A DNA stretch of 64,000 bases. Origin: Catajapyx aquilonaris (Eukaryota). The stretch spans positions 1-64,000 of the forward strand of contig KZ538182.1 of NCBI GenBank assembly GCA_000934665.2, given 5' to 3'. Shown here piece after piece: positions 1-11,031 of the stretch (position 1 is the first letter of the stretch; the number at the start of each line of letters is the position of its first letter). The position numbers were made by a program, and so were the translations under genes. Under the pieces are notes generated by a model. That model did no database searches and was not told where the DNA came from. It worked only from the letters and a program-made list of their open reading frames with translations.

Positions 1-499
1 CCCTTCCCCCTCTTTCGAACACTGTCCCCTGCCCCCCTGGGTCTCCTCCGAAGAACGGAAGAAGAAGTGAGAGTGTGTGTGAAGAGACGAGTGCGGGAGG
101 AGGGAGAGCTGTTGTTGGGTGGAGTGTGGGGGACAGAGAGGAACGGACACACTGGGGAGGACAGGCAGGATGTGGTGGTAGCTGAGGAACAACACACGGG
201 GGACACACACACGGGACAGGGCAGCAGGACGACCCCCGCAACAGGTCAGGTTCACACCCTCTCTCTTGCCCTTCTTTGCATCATTGGGGTGGTCATCACC
301 ATCCCCTCTGTTTGTTGTTGACAGGTAGTGTGGAGGTTGTCCACAGTGTCCGGGAGGAGTGTCAGCGGTGGCGGGTGGGGGGGACGGTGGAGGAGGAGGG
401 AGCAGCGGCGGAGGAGGAAATGCAGCCGGAGGAGGAGGCAACAACAACAACCTGGCCGTTGCTGCGGCGGCTGCGGCGGCCGCTGCGGCCTCCGCCTCC

Positions 500-3400
500 C
501 TGGACTGGGAGCAGGAGGCGGACCACTTCTCCTTCGAGGACTCTGACAGGTTCGAGGAGGACTCCCTCTGCAGCTGGATCAGCGAGCCAGAGTCCGTCTG
601 CAACAACTGGAGGGGCTGGAAGAGGCCACTCCCGCAGCAGCAGCAGCAGCAGCAGGTGGCCGCCGCAGCCACCGGACCCTTGCCTCTCCTTCCAACCGCA
701 GCATACGCCTCGGGACCCAGGCGCACCTCAGAAGGTCTGTCCCTCCTATACCAGGTTCAAAATCGCTGCAGGGCGTACCACATGAACCGTATAAGTAATG
801 CCCCGCTGCGACTGGGCGTTGCCAAGTAATGGCAGTGTCCCGACGACCCATTCTAAACAAGTCGCGGACACGACAGTGCGGCTAACACTGGATCACCAAG
901 GTATTGCCACCTGCAAATATAGGGGAATTCGCAACCCATGAACAACGTCACCTACGCAGTTACCGTAGCCTGACCGAAGCAGGTTGGCATAGTGGATAAG
1001 GCGTCCGACTGCTAATCGGGAGGTCCTGGGTTCGAATCCCGGGGCCGGCAACCCTGACTGTGGTTTTCTGTGGTTTTCCACGGTCTTTCTAGGATAATTC
1101 CGGGGTCGCTTCCATATAATAGGCCACAGCCGCTTCCTTCCTTCCCTATCCTTGGAGGTTGAATGGCAAATGCTGGGCCAACCTCCTTAAATTTCAATTA
1201 TAAAGTTACCGTAGCTTTCTCATTCCCAGTCCAACGATCAGAGGGCAGAGTAGCGTAGCGCCCTAATGGGCTTTGTCCGCGCAGTGACTCATCACCAGCG
1301 TGCATGTAGTTCCGTTGCCTCCCAGGGAGTGTCCGGAGGATGAGCCTGTGCGCCAGCTGGGAGTGGCCCATTGTCGGGAAGGCAGTGTTTGGCCAAATCC
1401 GGGCAGTGGGTCCGCTACTGAATTGCGATGGGTTCTCTCCGGGCTCATGTTGGTTCTCTCCATTTCCCCCATTGAAATGTCAGGATGGCCAGGCGATCCC
1501 CAAGAAGGCTACGTACATATCAAAACAAACAAACTTCCCACACATTTTTCAGTTTGTCTTCTGGGAAAGGTCTGCTCCATTTCTTTGTTTGCAAAGATAT
1601 ATATTGACATTTCCCCTGACTTTCAACTCATTTTCCTTTGTTCCGGCGATGCGCAGATAATCAGAAACACTGATATTAATTATTGGGAGTACGGTTTATT
1701 TCTGTTATCGTGCAGTGGATTCAAGTGTGCAATGCACATTTTGGTTGCTGTCACTTTCATTTGACTGGAATGATTTATAAATAATAATCGTTTAATATTA
1801 AAGTGGTAAACAAGATCTGCCCCGGCGGCACTATTGGTTCAGCCCTATTACGGGTAAGTGAAACCTGCAGATGAGCCGTACGCACGTACAATTGACATAC
1901 AACTACGATTAGTTCAATTTACAGATTATACACAACAAGACGTGAGCAAACAGTCGGAGATATCCTTTAATTTGGGACACACTCAGCTGCTAACTACTTT
2001 CTGAAATGTACAATTATTTTTCCCTGCTTCCTGCATATTTGTAAGTGTGGAAAAATGAATTCTCTATATGCACGAGCTGCCAACTGTTTGGATGAAAGAT
2101 GAAGCGGTGAACAGCGAGAAAATTGGATGTGCGAGCATGAGAGTTAATCATTAGTTTGGCTGCAAAGTCTGCGCCAAAATTTTTAATGGCCCATGTCGCC
2201 ATGTGTGGAGGTTCCCAAGCATTTCAGGATTAATTAGGAGCCAGTGGCCATCATAATATATTGCGGAGTCATTGTTGACACCACCTACATGCCACGTGTA
2301 TCTGCCGAGGGTGGAACTTTCCACAAGTATTTGGTCGTCGTCCTTTTCCGTTATCGCAGAAATGCTGGGGATTGCAAGGTCCTGGTTTTATTCCGTTGCT
2401 TTAAGGGGGGGCATTCACAGCGCTTGTTGTTGTCATCAACTGATTACACTGGAATGTGTGTGCGTAACTAAGGCATTGTTTCCGCCCCCCCCAGCTGGTA
2501 TGCAAGTTTATTTTCTTGCTTCCACACTTTGGATGTTTTTCGAAGGGTTAGGATTCCTTTATATGAATATTTAATGAACGATATTGCACAGACAAGTACA
2601 GCTGGGGCAGTGCATTCGTGAAAGGAACTGGGTTATTCCGCCAGGTGCGGGCGGAATGAAAAGGCGGCTGTACCAGACTCGCTTTGTCTTGGTAAAAATG
2701 TAGCCCGCCAAGCAGGTGCGACATGCAACTTAATTTATTTAAATTATGGGGGGCGTCCTCAAATATTTATTTTTTTTTGATTTAAACATTATTCGGGTCA
2801 AAGGGTTGGCAGTCTGTTTACATTCAGGGGCCCTTTTGTGTACAATGTCATTTTGACGGCCACTTGTGTGCTGTAACAGCACTGATGTAATTATAATTGT
2901 GCTGATAATTTCAGGGACGTGCTGTGGATTTTTTTTAAAGGAATTTATGACAGTATGTGCTGTAAGTAATTGCTGTGATTATTTTAGTGGATGCGCTGTC
3001 ATTAATTGCGGTGATCGCTGTAGTGCAGTACAGTGATGCTGCACGTTGCACCACAGCTATTCCGAGACTAAGTGCGTATGTAACTGTGCCGCACCCGACG
3101 AATTGGCCGCAATAATTAGGGAAGCGGACTTTGAAACAAAGGTTTTTGTCCTCCACAAGTTTTATTTCCAAGGCTGCTTTTAAAACGTTAAAAAAAAATT
3201 GACCTCTTCTCTCTCATCAGTTCACTTTCTACCTCCCCCCTTCCCAACAACAAACCCTCTCCTCCTCTAACCAGTGGACCAGTCAGACTGGAATCTCTCT
3301 CTCTCTCTCTTTTTTTTTTATATAAACCATCTCCCCCCCAGCTCCATCTCTTTATATATATTTTTTTGTTGTTGAAAGGCCCATCCTTTCATTACTTTTG

Positions 3401-6400
3401 TGCTCCACCCCCCTGGTGGTGGTGGTGGGGGATTGTTGTTGTGATGCTCCGTTGCCACATGGGTCCAATGTTTATGTCCCTCTCTTTTTTTCTCTCTCTC
3501 TCTCTCTGTCTCCCAGAGGCACCACACCCTCTCTCTCTCTCTCTATACCCCTCTCTCCCCAATCCCACCACCACCACCACCGACCAAAACAGCAGCGTCT
3601 ACCTCCTGTCTGGGCCCTTGATCAATACCAACACCTCCACCCACCCACCCACAGGTCCACCCGCACAACCCGCCCAGCAACCATTTCAAGTATAACCTGT
3701 GGAGCCTTCTTTTTGATCGAACCAAGGGAAACACATTGTTGCATCCTTGACCCTCTTTTTTTACTCTCTCCCTCTCTAATTGTTGGAGGGGGGGGGGCCA
3801 CCTGGGCACACCCCATTGGCTGTATGCTAAAGAGAGGAAGGGAGGAAGTGGAGGGGTAGGGGTTGCATTATTGATTTGTAGAAGGGGGGCCGTCCGCACA
3901 CACCTTCCCCCCCTGCCGTGCTTATTAATGCCAGTCCGCCTGTGTTGTTTTAATGTATTTCACAAACTAATGCCGAGCATTGTTGTTTTTTGAACCGATG
4001 GGGCGCAGCCTGTTGCTTCCAACCAGCCGCAGAAATGGAATTTACAGAAAGGGGAGGGTTAACAATGCCGTGTTTTTTAAAAATAAATATGGCGAAATGA
4101 AATAAACGAAGAATTAATATGAGAACGGAAAATATGGCAATACAGACAGAATAAATATGACCGTAAATGCAGCATCGACGTGAAAATAATTTGCAGAATT
4201 AATGTGGAAGTAATAACGGAAATATCTGCAGAATTAATATGGAAATAAACACCGGAAGAATTATGGAAATATCCCCAAACAAACCTGCGGCTTGACCAAC
4301 GGGGGTATGAAAATGAAATAACAAACGAAATGTGTAGGAAAATATATTCGGAATAAATATATAAAAATGGATGCGGAATTAGTCTGGAAATTAATTCAGG
4401 GCACGTACGTGTAATGCGAATAATTTTTTCCAAACTTGTCTGGAAAATAGTGCAAAGCTAGAAAACTTGTATGGATATTGTTGTGATATTAATTTGGAAA
4501 ATTACTTGAAGTAATGACAAAGTGTCAGATAATTTTTTAAAGAAATGTATATGTAATGGACACTTATGATTGTTTAAACGGACAATGAGAGAGCCACACA
4601 TCGTCGGTGATCATGCAAAACCTCGTATCTCCTGCAAAAACCAATGGAAGATACGAGGTTTTGCATGATCACCGACGACATGTTATACGAGAGAGGGAAT
4701 GTGCTTGTAATGCAGCTGACCGGTCAATGAGGTCCCGTTGCTTGGGCATCTCAATCGACATGCATTTGCGTTGCATGTATGGAAATGCATTCGGCACTTT
4801 TCGTGAGGGACTTGGACGTGAGGCGCATACGGTCGTAGGGTGAATCGGGCAGCGATTGAATTCATTGCCAATGCGGCGGATTGAGGTAGGCCGTGCTGCG
4901 GATTTCATTGGAAAGAATCGGCCTGCCTTATGAAACTGGTTGCGATGGAAGGCAGCATGTCAGAGGGTGGGCCATCTCCTGAGTGTGCAGCTGGTCCATT
5001 GAACTTGCGATTGGAGGTCCAGGTGAGGGGGACAAAGGCTGAAGGGAGAGCAGGTGGGAAGTGAATGAAACTGATGGAAATCCCCCCCTCGTGCCCACTG
5101 CGGTAGTAATGTCACATTCATAAGTGGAAGCAGCTGCTCCTCCATTCGCAGGAATTCCCCCTCCCCTTCCTCTTTTCTTTTTTTGTCCGGATTGGGTGGG
5201 GGTTTGCAGCAGGTGGACCCTTGCGAGGGGGGGGACACAAAGCAATGCAAGGGGTCATTGTGTCACCCTCCACTTGGGCCGGGATATTCTCCCAGAGTCC
5301 CAGGGATTAATGCGTGGATTCCTGGGATCATCTTGGGAGCTCCGAGGGAATAATGACCTTCCAATGCATGCAGCCGATTGAATCCTAATATTGCGATACA
5401 CTTGTCATCAACAGCGATTGATACGCAGGAAATTTGCCCCATTCATACGTAGTTCCCGAATTGTCCCCTCATGTGAGTCCGCTTCTGTTCTTTGTCAGAA
5501 CTTGTCGCATAATTTCATTACGGTACGTCTCATCCCATTCGTATGAATTTTGTTTATTGACTGATTCATCATATTGAGCGTACATCCTACGGGATGACCT
5601 TGGTGCAAGTAGCAATATCGTCGGTGACAAATCTGCGCTGTAAACGTTGTTTGTACGTTACATTTACATACATTTTAATCCTGAATGACATTTCCGTAGG
5701 AATTGGGTCAGTCAAGTGCAAGTTAGATTAGCGCATTTACAGTTACAGTGAGGCGGAGTTCACCGACATCACTTTTCTGAAAATAATTTTAGCCACAGGA
5801 TCAGAATTGCATTAAGCAACTTTGTTCAGCTCGACCGGCATCAAATGCTGTGGTCATCCTTTTGAAGTGGCGTACAGTGCACAGCCGCATCGAATGGCCC
5901 CTAACTAGACCCTTTTTATGATGCGGCTCGGGTTCATCGGAGGCTGATTATGTAGTAAACATATTGGTGCCGAGCTGCTGCATAATGCGTGATGCTCAGC
6001 GTCAATGGCGTTACGTCACATGCCGTCCGTAATGCATGCGAGTTATTGACCTGGTCTTTTTTCTCCCCTTTCCCAGACGGCCAGCTTCTGTCCCTGGTGG
6101 AGCTGTCGGCCAGATGCGTGGCCTCCCACATTGCCTTTGAGCTGGTGGAGCGTGTCTACCCCCCTGTGCCGGAACAGCTCCAGCTCCGCATAGCCTTCTG
6201 GTCCTTCCCGGAGAATGAGGAGGACATCCGGCTCTACTCCTGCCTGGCCAATGGAAGCGCAGACGAGTTCCAGAGGGGCGAGCACCTCTTCAAAAGCAGG
6301 GCCGTGCGGGAGCCGCTGCAGATCGGATTCCACCTCAGCGCGTCCGTGCTCTCGCAGCAGTCCTCGGCCACGGCTGCAGCTGCGGTTGCTGCGGCCGCGG

Positions 6401-9400
6401 CGGCTGCAACCGGGCCGCAGCCACAACCGCCTTTGCCGGCCAAGGGCTCCTTCAACGTTGCCGTCACGTTCGACCGCCGCCGGATCACGTCATGCAACTG
6501 CACCTGCTCGTCCACCGCGTACTGGTGCTCACACGTCGTGGCCGTTTGCCTGCACCGCATCCACCTTCCGACGCAGGTCACTCTGAGGGCACCTGTGTCC
6601 GAGTCGCTCTCGCGGCTCCATCGCGACCAGCTCCAGAAGTTTGCACAGTATTTGATCAGCGAGCTCCCGCAGCAGATTCTCCCAACCGCACAGCGCTTGC
6701 TGGACGAACTGCTGTCTGCGCAACCGTCCGCCATCAACACGGTGTGCGGTGCGCCAGACCCAACCGCCGGTGCGTCCGCGTCCGACCAGACGTCGTGGTA
6801 CCTGGATGACAACACGCTGCACGAGAACATACACAAGATCCTCATAAAGTTCTGCGTGCCATCCCCCATCGTGTTCAGCGACGTCAACTACCTGAGCACC
6901 ACCGCACCTCCTGCAGCTGCCGAGTGGAGCTCGCTGCTGCGTCCGCTCAGAGGCCGCGAACCCGAGGGGATGTGGAACTTGCTCTCCATTGTTCGGGAGA
7001 TGTTCAAGAGGAACGACCGGAATGCGGTCCCCCTTCTGGAGATCATCACGGAGGAGTGCATGGCCTGCGAGCAGATCGTCGTCTGGTGGTTCAACACCAA
7101 AGTGGCGCTCCATAACGGATCGTCGGGGCACGGCGGCAAGCACGGGATCAACAGCAACAGCCACGCGTCGCAGCATGCCGGATCCAGCCTGTGCGACGAG
7201 CTGGTGTTGCTCTGGCGGCTTGCGGCGCTCAACCCCGGGTTGGCCCCAGAGGAGCGCCGCATGCTGCACGACCAGTTCCGCGACTGGCACCTCAAGATAA
7301 TCGACCGCGTCACCAAAAGCAGGGCTGGGAACGGCGGAAACAGCGCCAAGAACTCGAACGGGCTGCGGCACGACATCGAGGTGTTCTCCGGGTTCAAGCC
7401 GGCGATGGAAGCGTGCTACTTGGATTGGGAGGACTACCCCATCCCGGGAATAACCTTCTCGCATGAGAACCGCCTGTACCACTGCCCCTTCACCTGCTTC
7501 CGGCACCTGGAGTCGCGGCAGGGGGCGTCTGCGGCTCCGGGCCAGATCAACTCATCCAATGCGGTGCTCAACTGCCGCCTGCACCCCATCTCGGAGTCCG
7601 CACCCGCCCTGCGGCAGGGTGCGGTTCGAAAGGGCAACCGCAGCAGCAGCGCAAGCAGCGAAGGCTTCTGCGAGAACCGCGCAGCCGCCAACCCAGACGA
7701 CGCAGATTCAGACTCATCCGGGTCGCCCGACAGACGCAGGAGATGCTCGGAATCGGAGCTGCCTGTGCCGTACCGCCACCGCCTGTCCGACTCGTCCGCA
7801 TCCGACTCGCAGCAGTCGGGCGATGAGTACCAGGTGTACTACTACGATCCGAAAGCGCTGGATAAGAAGGCTGAACCGCCAGACGAATCCGAATCCAAGA
7901 ATGTCCGCGGCGCTGTCGGCGCCGGGATGTTCCAGTCGCTGAAGCGGATGGAGGACAGGTGGGACATACTGTTTGCGCGTGCTGAAGGCCTACATGCGCA
8001 CGGGCACAGCAAGGAGGCATGCGTGCTTGGAGTGCGGCTAGCAGAAGAGCTGTTGGCTCATCCGCCCGATTTGGTCGGCGCAACAGTTGCTACGCCGCCA
8101 ACGACGCCGCCGCCTAGTGGCGAATCCCCTCCGACCCCTCCGCCCTTGCCCGCTGTTCCCCCTCCGCCTCCCCCGCCGCCCAAGGGCAAACGGAAGCGAG
8201 CCAACAACGCAGGCAACAACCCGGTGAGCCACCAGTTGTCTGTCCTGGCATCGGCCACGCTGTCAAAGTCCGCCTTCCTGTGCACGGTGCTGGCGGAGAA
8301 CTCGGAGCACCACCACCTGGCCTTCCGCGTGGGCACTTTCGGACTGGAGATGGCCAGACCCCCCGCCTCGACCAAGCCGCTGGAGGTGAAGCTTGCCAAC
8401 CAAGAGGCTGACCTGGTGCAGCTGCTGCGACGTATCCCGCCAACATCACGTGAGCTGGGGGTCATCAGGCAGAAGGCACAGCAGCTGCGGGATGGCACGC
8501 TCAGGTCCCGCGGAGAGGCACTGCTGCCGCTCACCCTGGCCGGGTACATATTCGAGGCCCTGGCCGCACCCGTGTCCCTGCTCCCGAAGAAGTCGGCCTC
8601 CACGGACGAGGACCTGGGGTTCGAGGCGGCCGTCGCGGCCCTCGGGTTGAAGGCGAATGTGTCGGAAGCCGACCATCCGCTGCTGTGCGAAGGGACTCGC
8701 CGGCAGCGTGGCGACCTGGCCATCGCCTTGTTAGTCCACTACAAGGACGACCCGGAGCGACTGGCCCGCATCATGGACAAGCTGCTGGACAAGGAGGTCC
8801 ACCAGCTGTACAAGGCGCCAATTGTAAGCTCGTACTACTCCAACAATCCGCCGACCGGGGGCGTCCCCTTGAAGCCAGCATGCGCACACAACGCACAGCC
8901 GGGGTGCCACATTGACATGGTGCCGCCTTTGGTGCCACCCAGGGACGATCCGCTGATGCCGGGCCTGGACGGCGGGAGAGTCCCTCCGCCTCCGCCGCTG
9001 GTGAACAACAAGGTCGCAGTCTTGCCGCTGCCGCTGTCTCCTACAATAGCCAGCCCGCCGAACAACGCACTGGACGTCCCGTCGTCGTCAGCGCAAGGCG
9101 ACGCCGCAACTGGTAATTGCGCCGCTTGCCCATGTCCGTATGTAGGTTCTAACTGTTGCTCATTGCAGGTGGGCGTCCGTGTGGTGTGGAAACGCCGGAT
9201 CAGAGCCAACCGCAAGTCGGGATGGCTGGACCAGGCGGATGCATCATGCCGCCGCCGACCTCCGCCGCATCGGGCGGTTCGACCCAAACCAACAACGGGG
9301 GTGCCAGGAGCAAGGAGCCGCGCGGCGGCGGGTTCAAAGGGAAGCGAGCCTACCCGTCCCTTCCGAACCAGCCGTCGGAAGCTGGCGCCCACTTCATGTT

Positions 9401-11031
9401 CGAGTTGGCCAAGACGGTCCTGACCAAAGCGGGCGGGAGCAGCACCACCTCCTTCTTTATGCAAACCCCGTCCTCCCAGAACCCCCGCGGCCCGCACCGC
9501 GCCCTGCACGTCTGCGCCTTCCAGATAGGCCTGTACGCGCTCGGCCTCCACAACTGCGTGAGCCCCAACTGGCTCAGCCGCACCTACTCCTCCCACGTCA
9601 GCTGGATCACCGGACAGGCGACGGAGATCGGGGCGCCGGCCATTTCCTTCCTGATTGACACCTGGGAGGGGCATCTCACTCCGCCTGAAGCCGCCTCCAT
9701 CGCGGACAGGGCGTCCAGAGGGTGCGACCCGGCCATGGTGCGGTCGGCGGCACGGCTTGCCCTCTCGTGCCTGCCGCACTCGCACGCCTTGAACCCGAAT
9801 GAGATTCAGCGAGCAATACTGCAGTGCAAGGAGCAGTCCGATTTCATGCTGGAGCAGGCTTGCCTGACGGTTGAGACCGCCGCAAAAGGCGGCGGCGTCT
9901 ACCCCGAGGTTCTGTTTGACGTTGCGCGGCACTGGTACGACCTGTACAAGAAGCATGCGCCGCCGCCAATGCTGCATGAGTTGGAGGACGAGTTTGTGGA
10001 GATGCCGCCTGCACCGCCACCGCAGCCGCTTCCTCCGCAGCCCATGCCGCCACCCATGCCCACGCAATCCATATCGTACCCGGTGGCCACACCAGTGCCA
10101 CTTGGCGTACCGTACGCTCTGCCATACAACTTCATCGGGTTTCCGCCGCATCTGCACATACCGCACGTGCCGCATCCGCTCCAGATGTACCTGTCCCCGG
10201 CAGCGTTCATACCACAGCCGTCGCTGCAGTACTACCCGGCCGTGACAATCGGCGGGGCCAACCGCGCGACGTACACCACGGTCGCATCGTCCGCGCCCAG
10301 CTCCCCGCCGACCCCGCCGTCGCCTCCGTCGCAGTCGCTCCCGTCGTCATCCCCTCCGTCTCCGCCATCCCCGCCGCACCACCACCACCATCACCACCAC
10401 CACCACCACCAGCAGTTCAGCCCAGCGCAACTCAAGTGCCTGCTGGCCGCCTACCGGGTGGGGATGCTGGCCATGGAGACCCTGGCGCGCAGAGTCCACG
10501 ACGACCGTCCGCAGGCCAAGTACGCGCGGAACCCCCCGTACGGAGAGGACGTCAGGTGGCTGGCCAGCGTGGCCAAGTCCCTCGGCACCCAGTACCTGCA
10601 CCAGTTCTGCGTGTGCGCCGTCAACGGGATCGTCAGCCCCTTCCTGCTCCAGGAGATTGCGCTGGAAGCGGCGCAGTTCCTGGCCCGCAACAACCCGGCG
10701 CTGGTGATGCAGAACCTCAGGTCGGCCCTGGCGCCGCTGGTGCAGAAGTGCCAGCAGATGTACATCCACTGCATGCACCAGAAGCTCTACCACATCACCC
10801 CGGCGGACTACGAGGAATTCGTGGGCGTGGTCTGCTCGGCCAGGACCGCCTTCCAGATCACCCCGGACGGCGTAACGCAATTTAAGGAGTGGCTGCAGTC
10901 CATACGCAGGTACGTCCAGCCGCACTGTCCGCTTCCGGTCCATTAACCCGTCCCCCCGTTTCAGGTCCAAGTCGTGCAAGAAGGACCTGTGGGCGCAGAT
11001 CACCACGGCTCTTCAGTCCAACAGCAAATGA
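500..11031 (+). CDS. ZSWIM8: Zinc finger SWIM domain protein 8 (Dora/EBAX-1; Cullin-RING substrate receptor for target-directed miRNA degradation). Exons 500(?)-734, 6077-9112, 9169-10909, 10965-11031; ~1692 aa counted from the CTG at 500; start codon unresolved
   Basis: FSFEDSDRFEEDSLCSWISEPESVCNNWRGWK, then DGQLLSLVELSARCVA...PPVPEQLQLRIAFWSFPENEEDIRLYSCLANGSADEF, SWIM motif CNCTCSSTAYWCSH, and C-terminal PNQPSEAGAHFMFELAKTVL / HNCVSPNWLSRTYSSHVSWI. Introns 735-6076, 9113-9168 and 10910-10964 are GT-AG and phase-consistent; TGA at 11029-11031. Confidence 0.96.
970..1203 (+). mobile_element. tRNA-derived SINE inserted in ZSWIM8 intron 1
   Basis: A box TGGCATAGTGG 985-995, B box GGTTCGAATCC 1029-1039, anticodon-like arm CCGA-CTGCTAA-TCGG, non-tRNA body, A/T-rich tail; 12-bp direct repeat AGTTACCGTAGC at 958-969 and 1204-1215 (TSD). 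Confidence 0.88.
4075..4435. repeat. Degenerate AT-rich tandem/low-complexity repeat (AATATGGAAAT / GAATTAAT-like units) in ZSWIM8 intron 1
   Basis: Recurrent gaattaatatg(g/a) and cggaaat units visible by eye; no credible coding. Confidence 0.55.

Noticed and set aside
985..1050. tRNA-Ser gene
   Set aside because: No long variable arm or clean acceptor stem; embedded in a TSD-flanked SINE.
3200..3900. ORFs in CT/CCA-rich intron sequence
   Set aside because: Low-complexity microsatellite mosaic with no homology or splice-consistent structure.
9113..9168. Apparent frameshift between the two large ZSWIM8 ORFs
   Set aside because: Explained by a 56-bp GT-AG intron.
6043..11006. Many long antisense and alternative-frame ORFs over ZSWIM8 (also over DCTN4, SLC23 and EGLN1)
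   Set aside because: Shadow ORFs of GC-rich coding sequence with no recognisable motifs.
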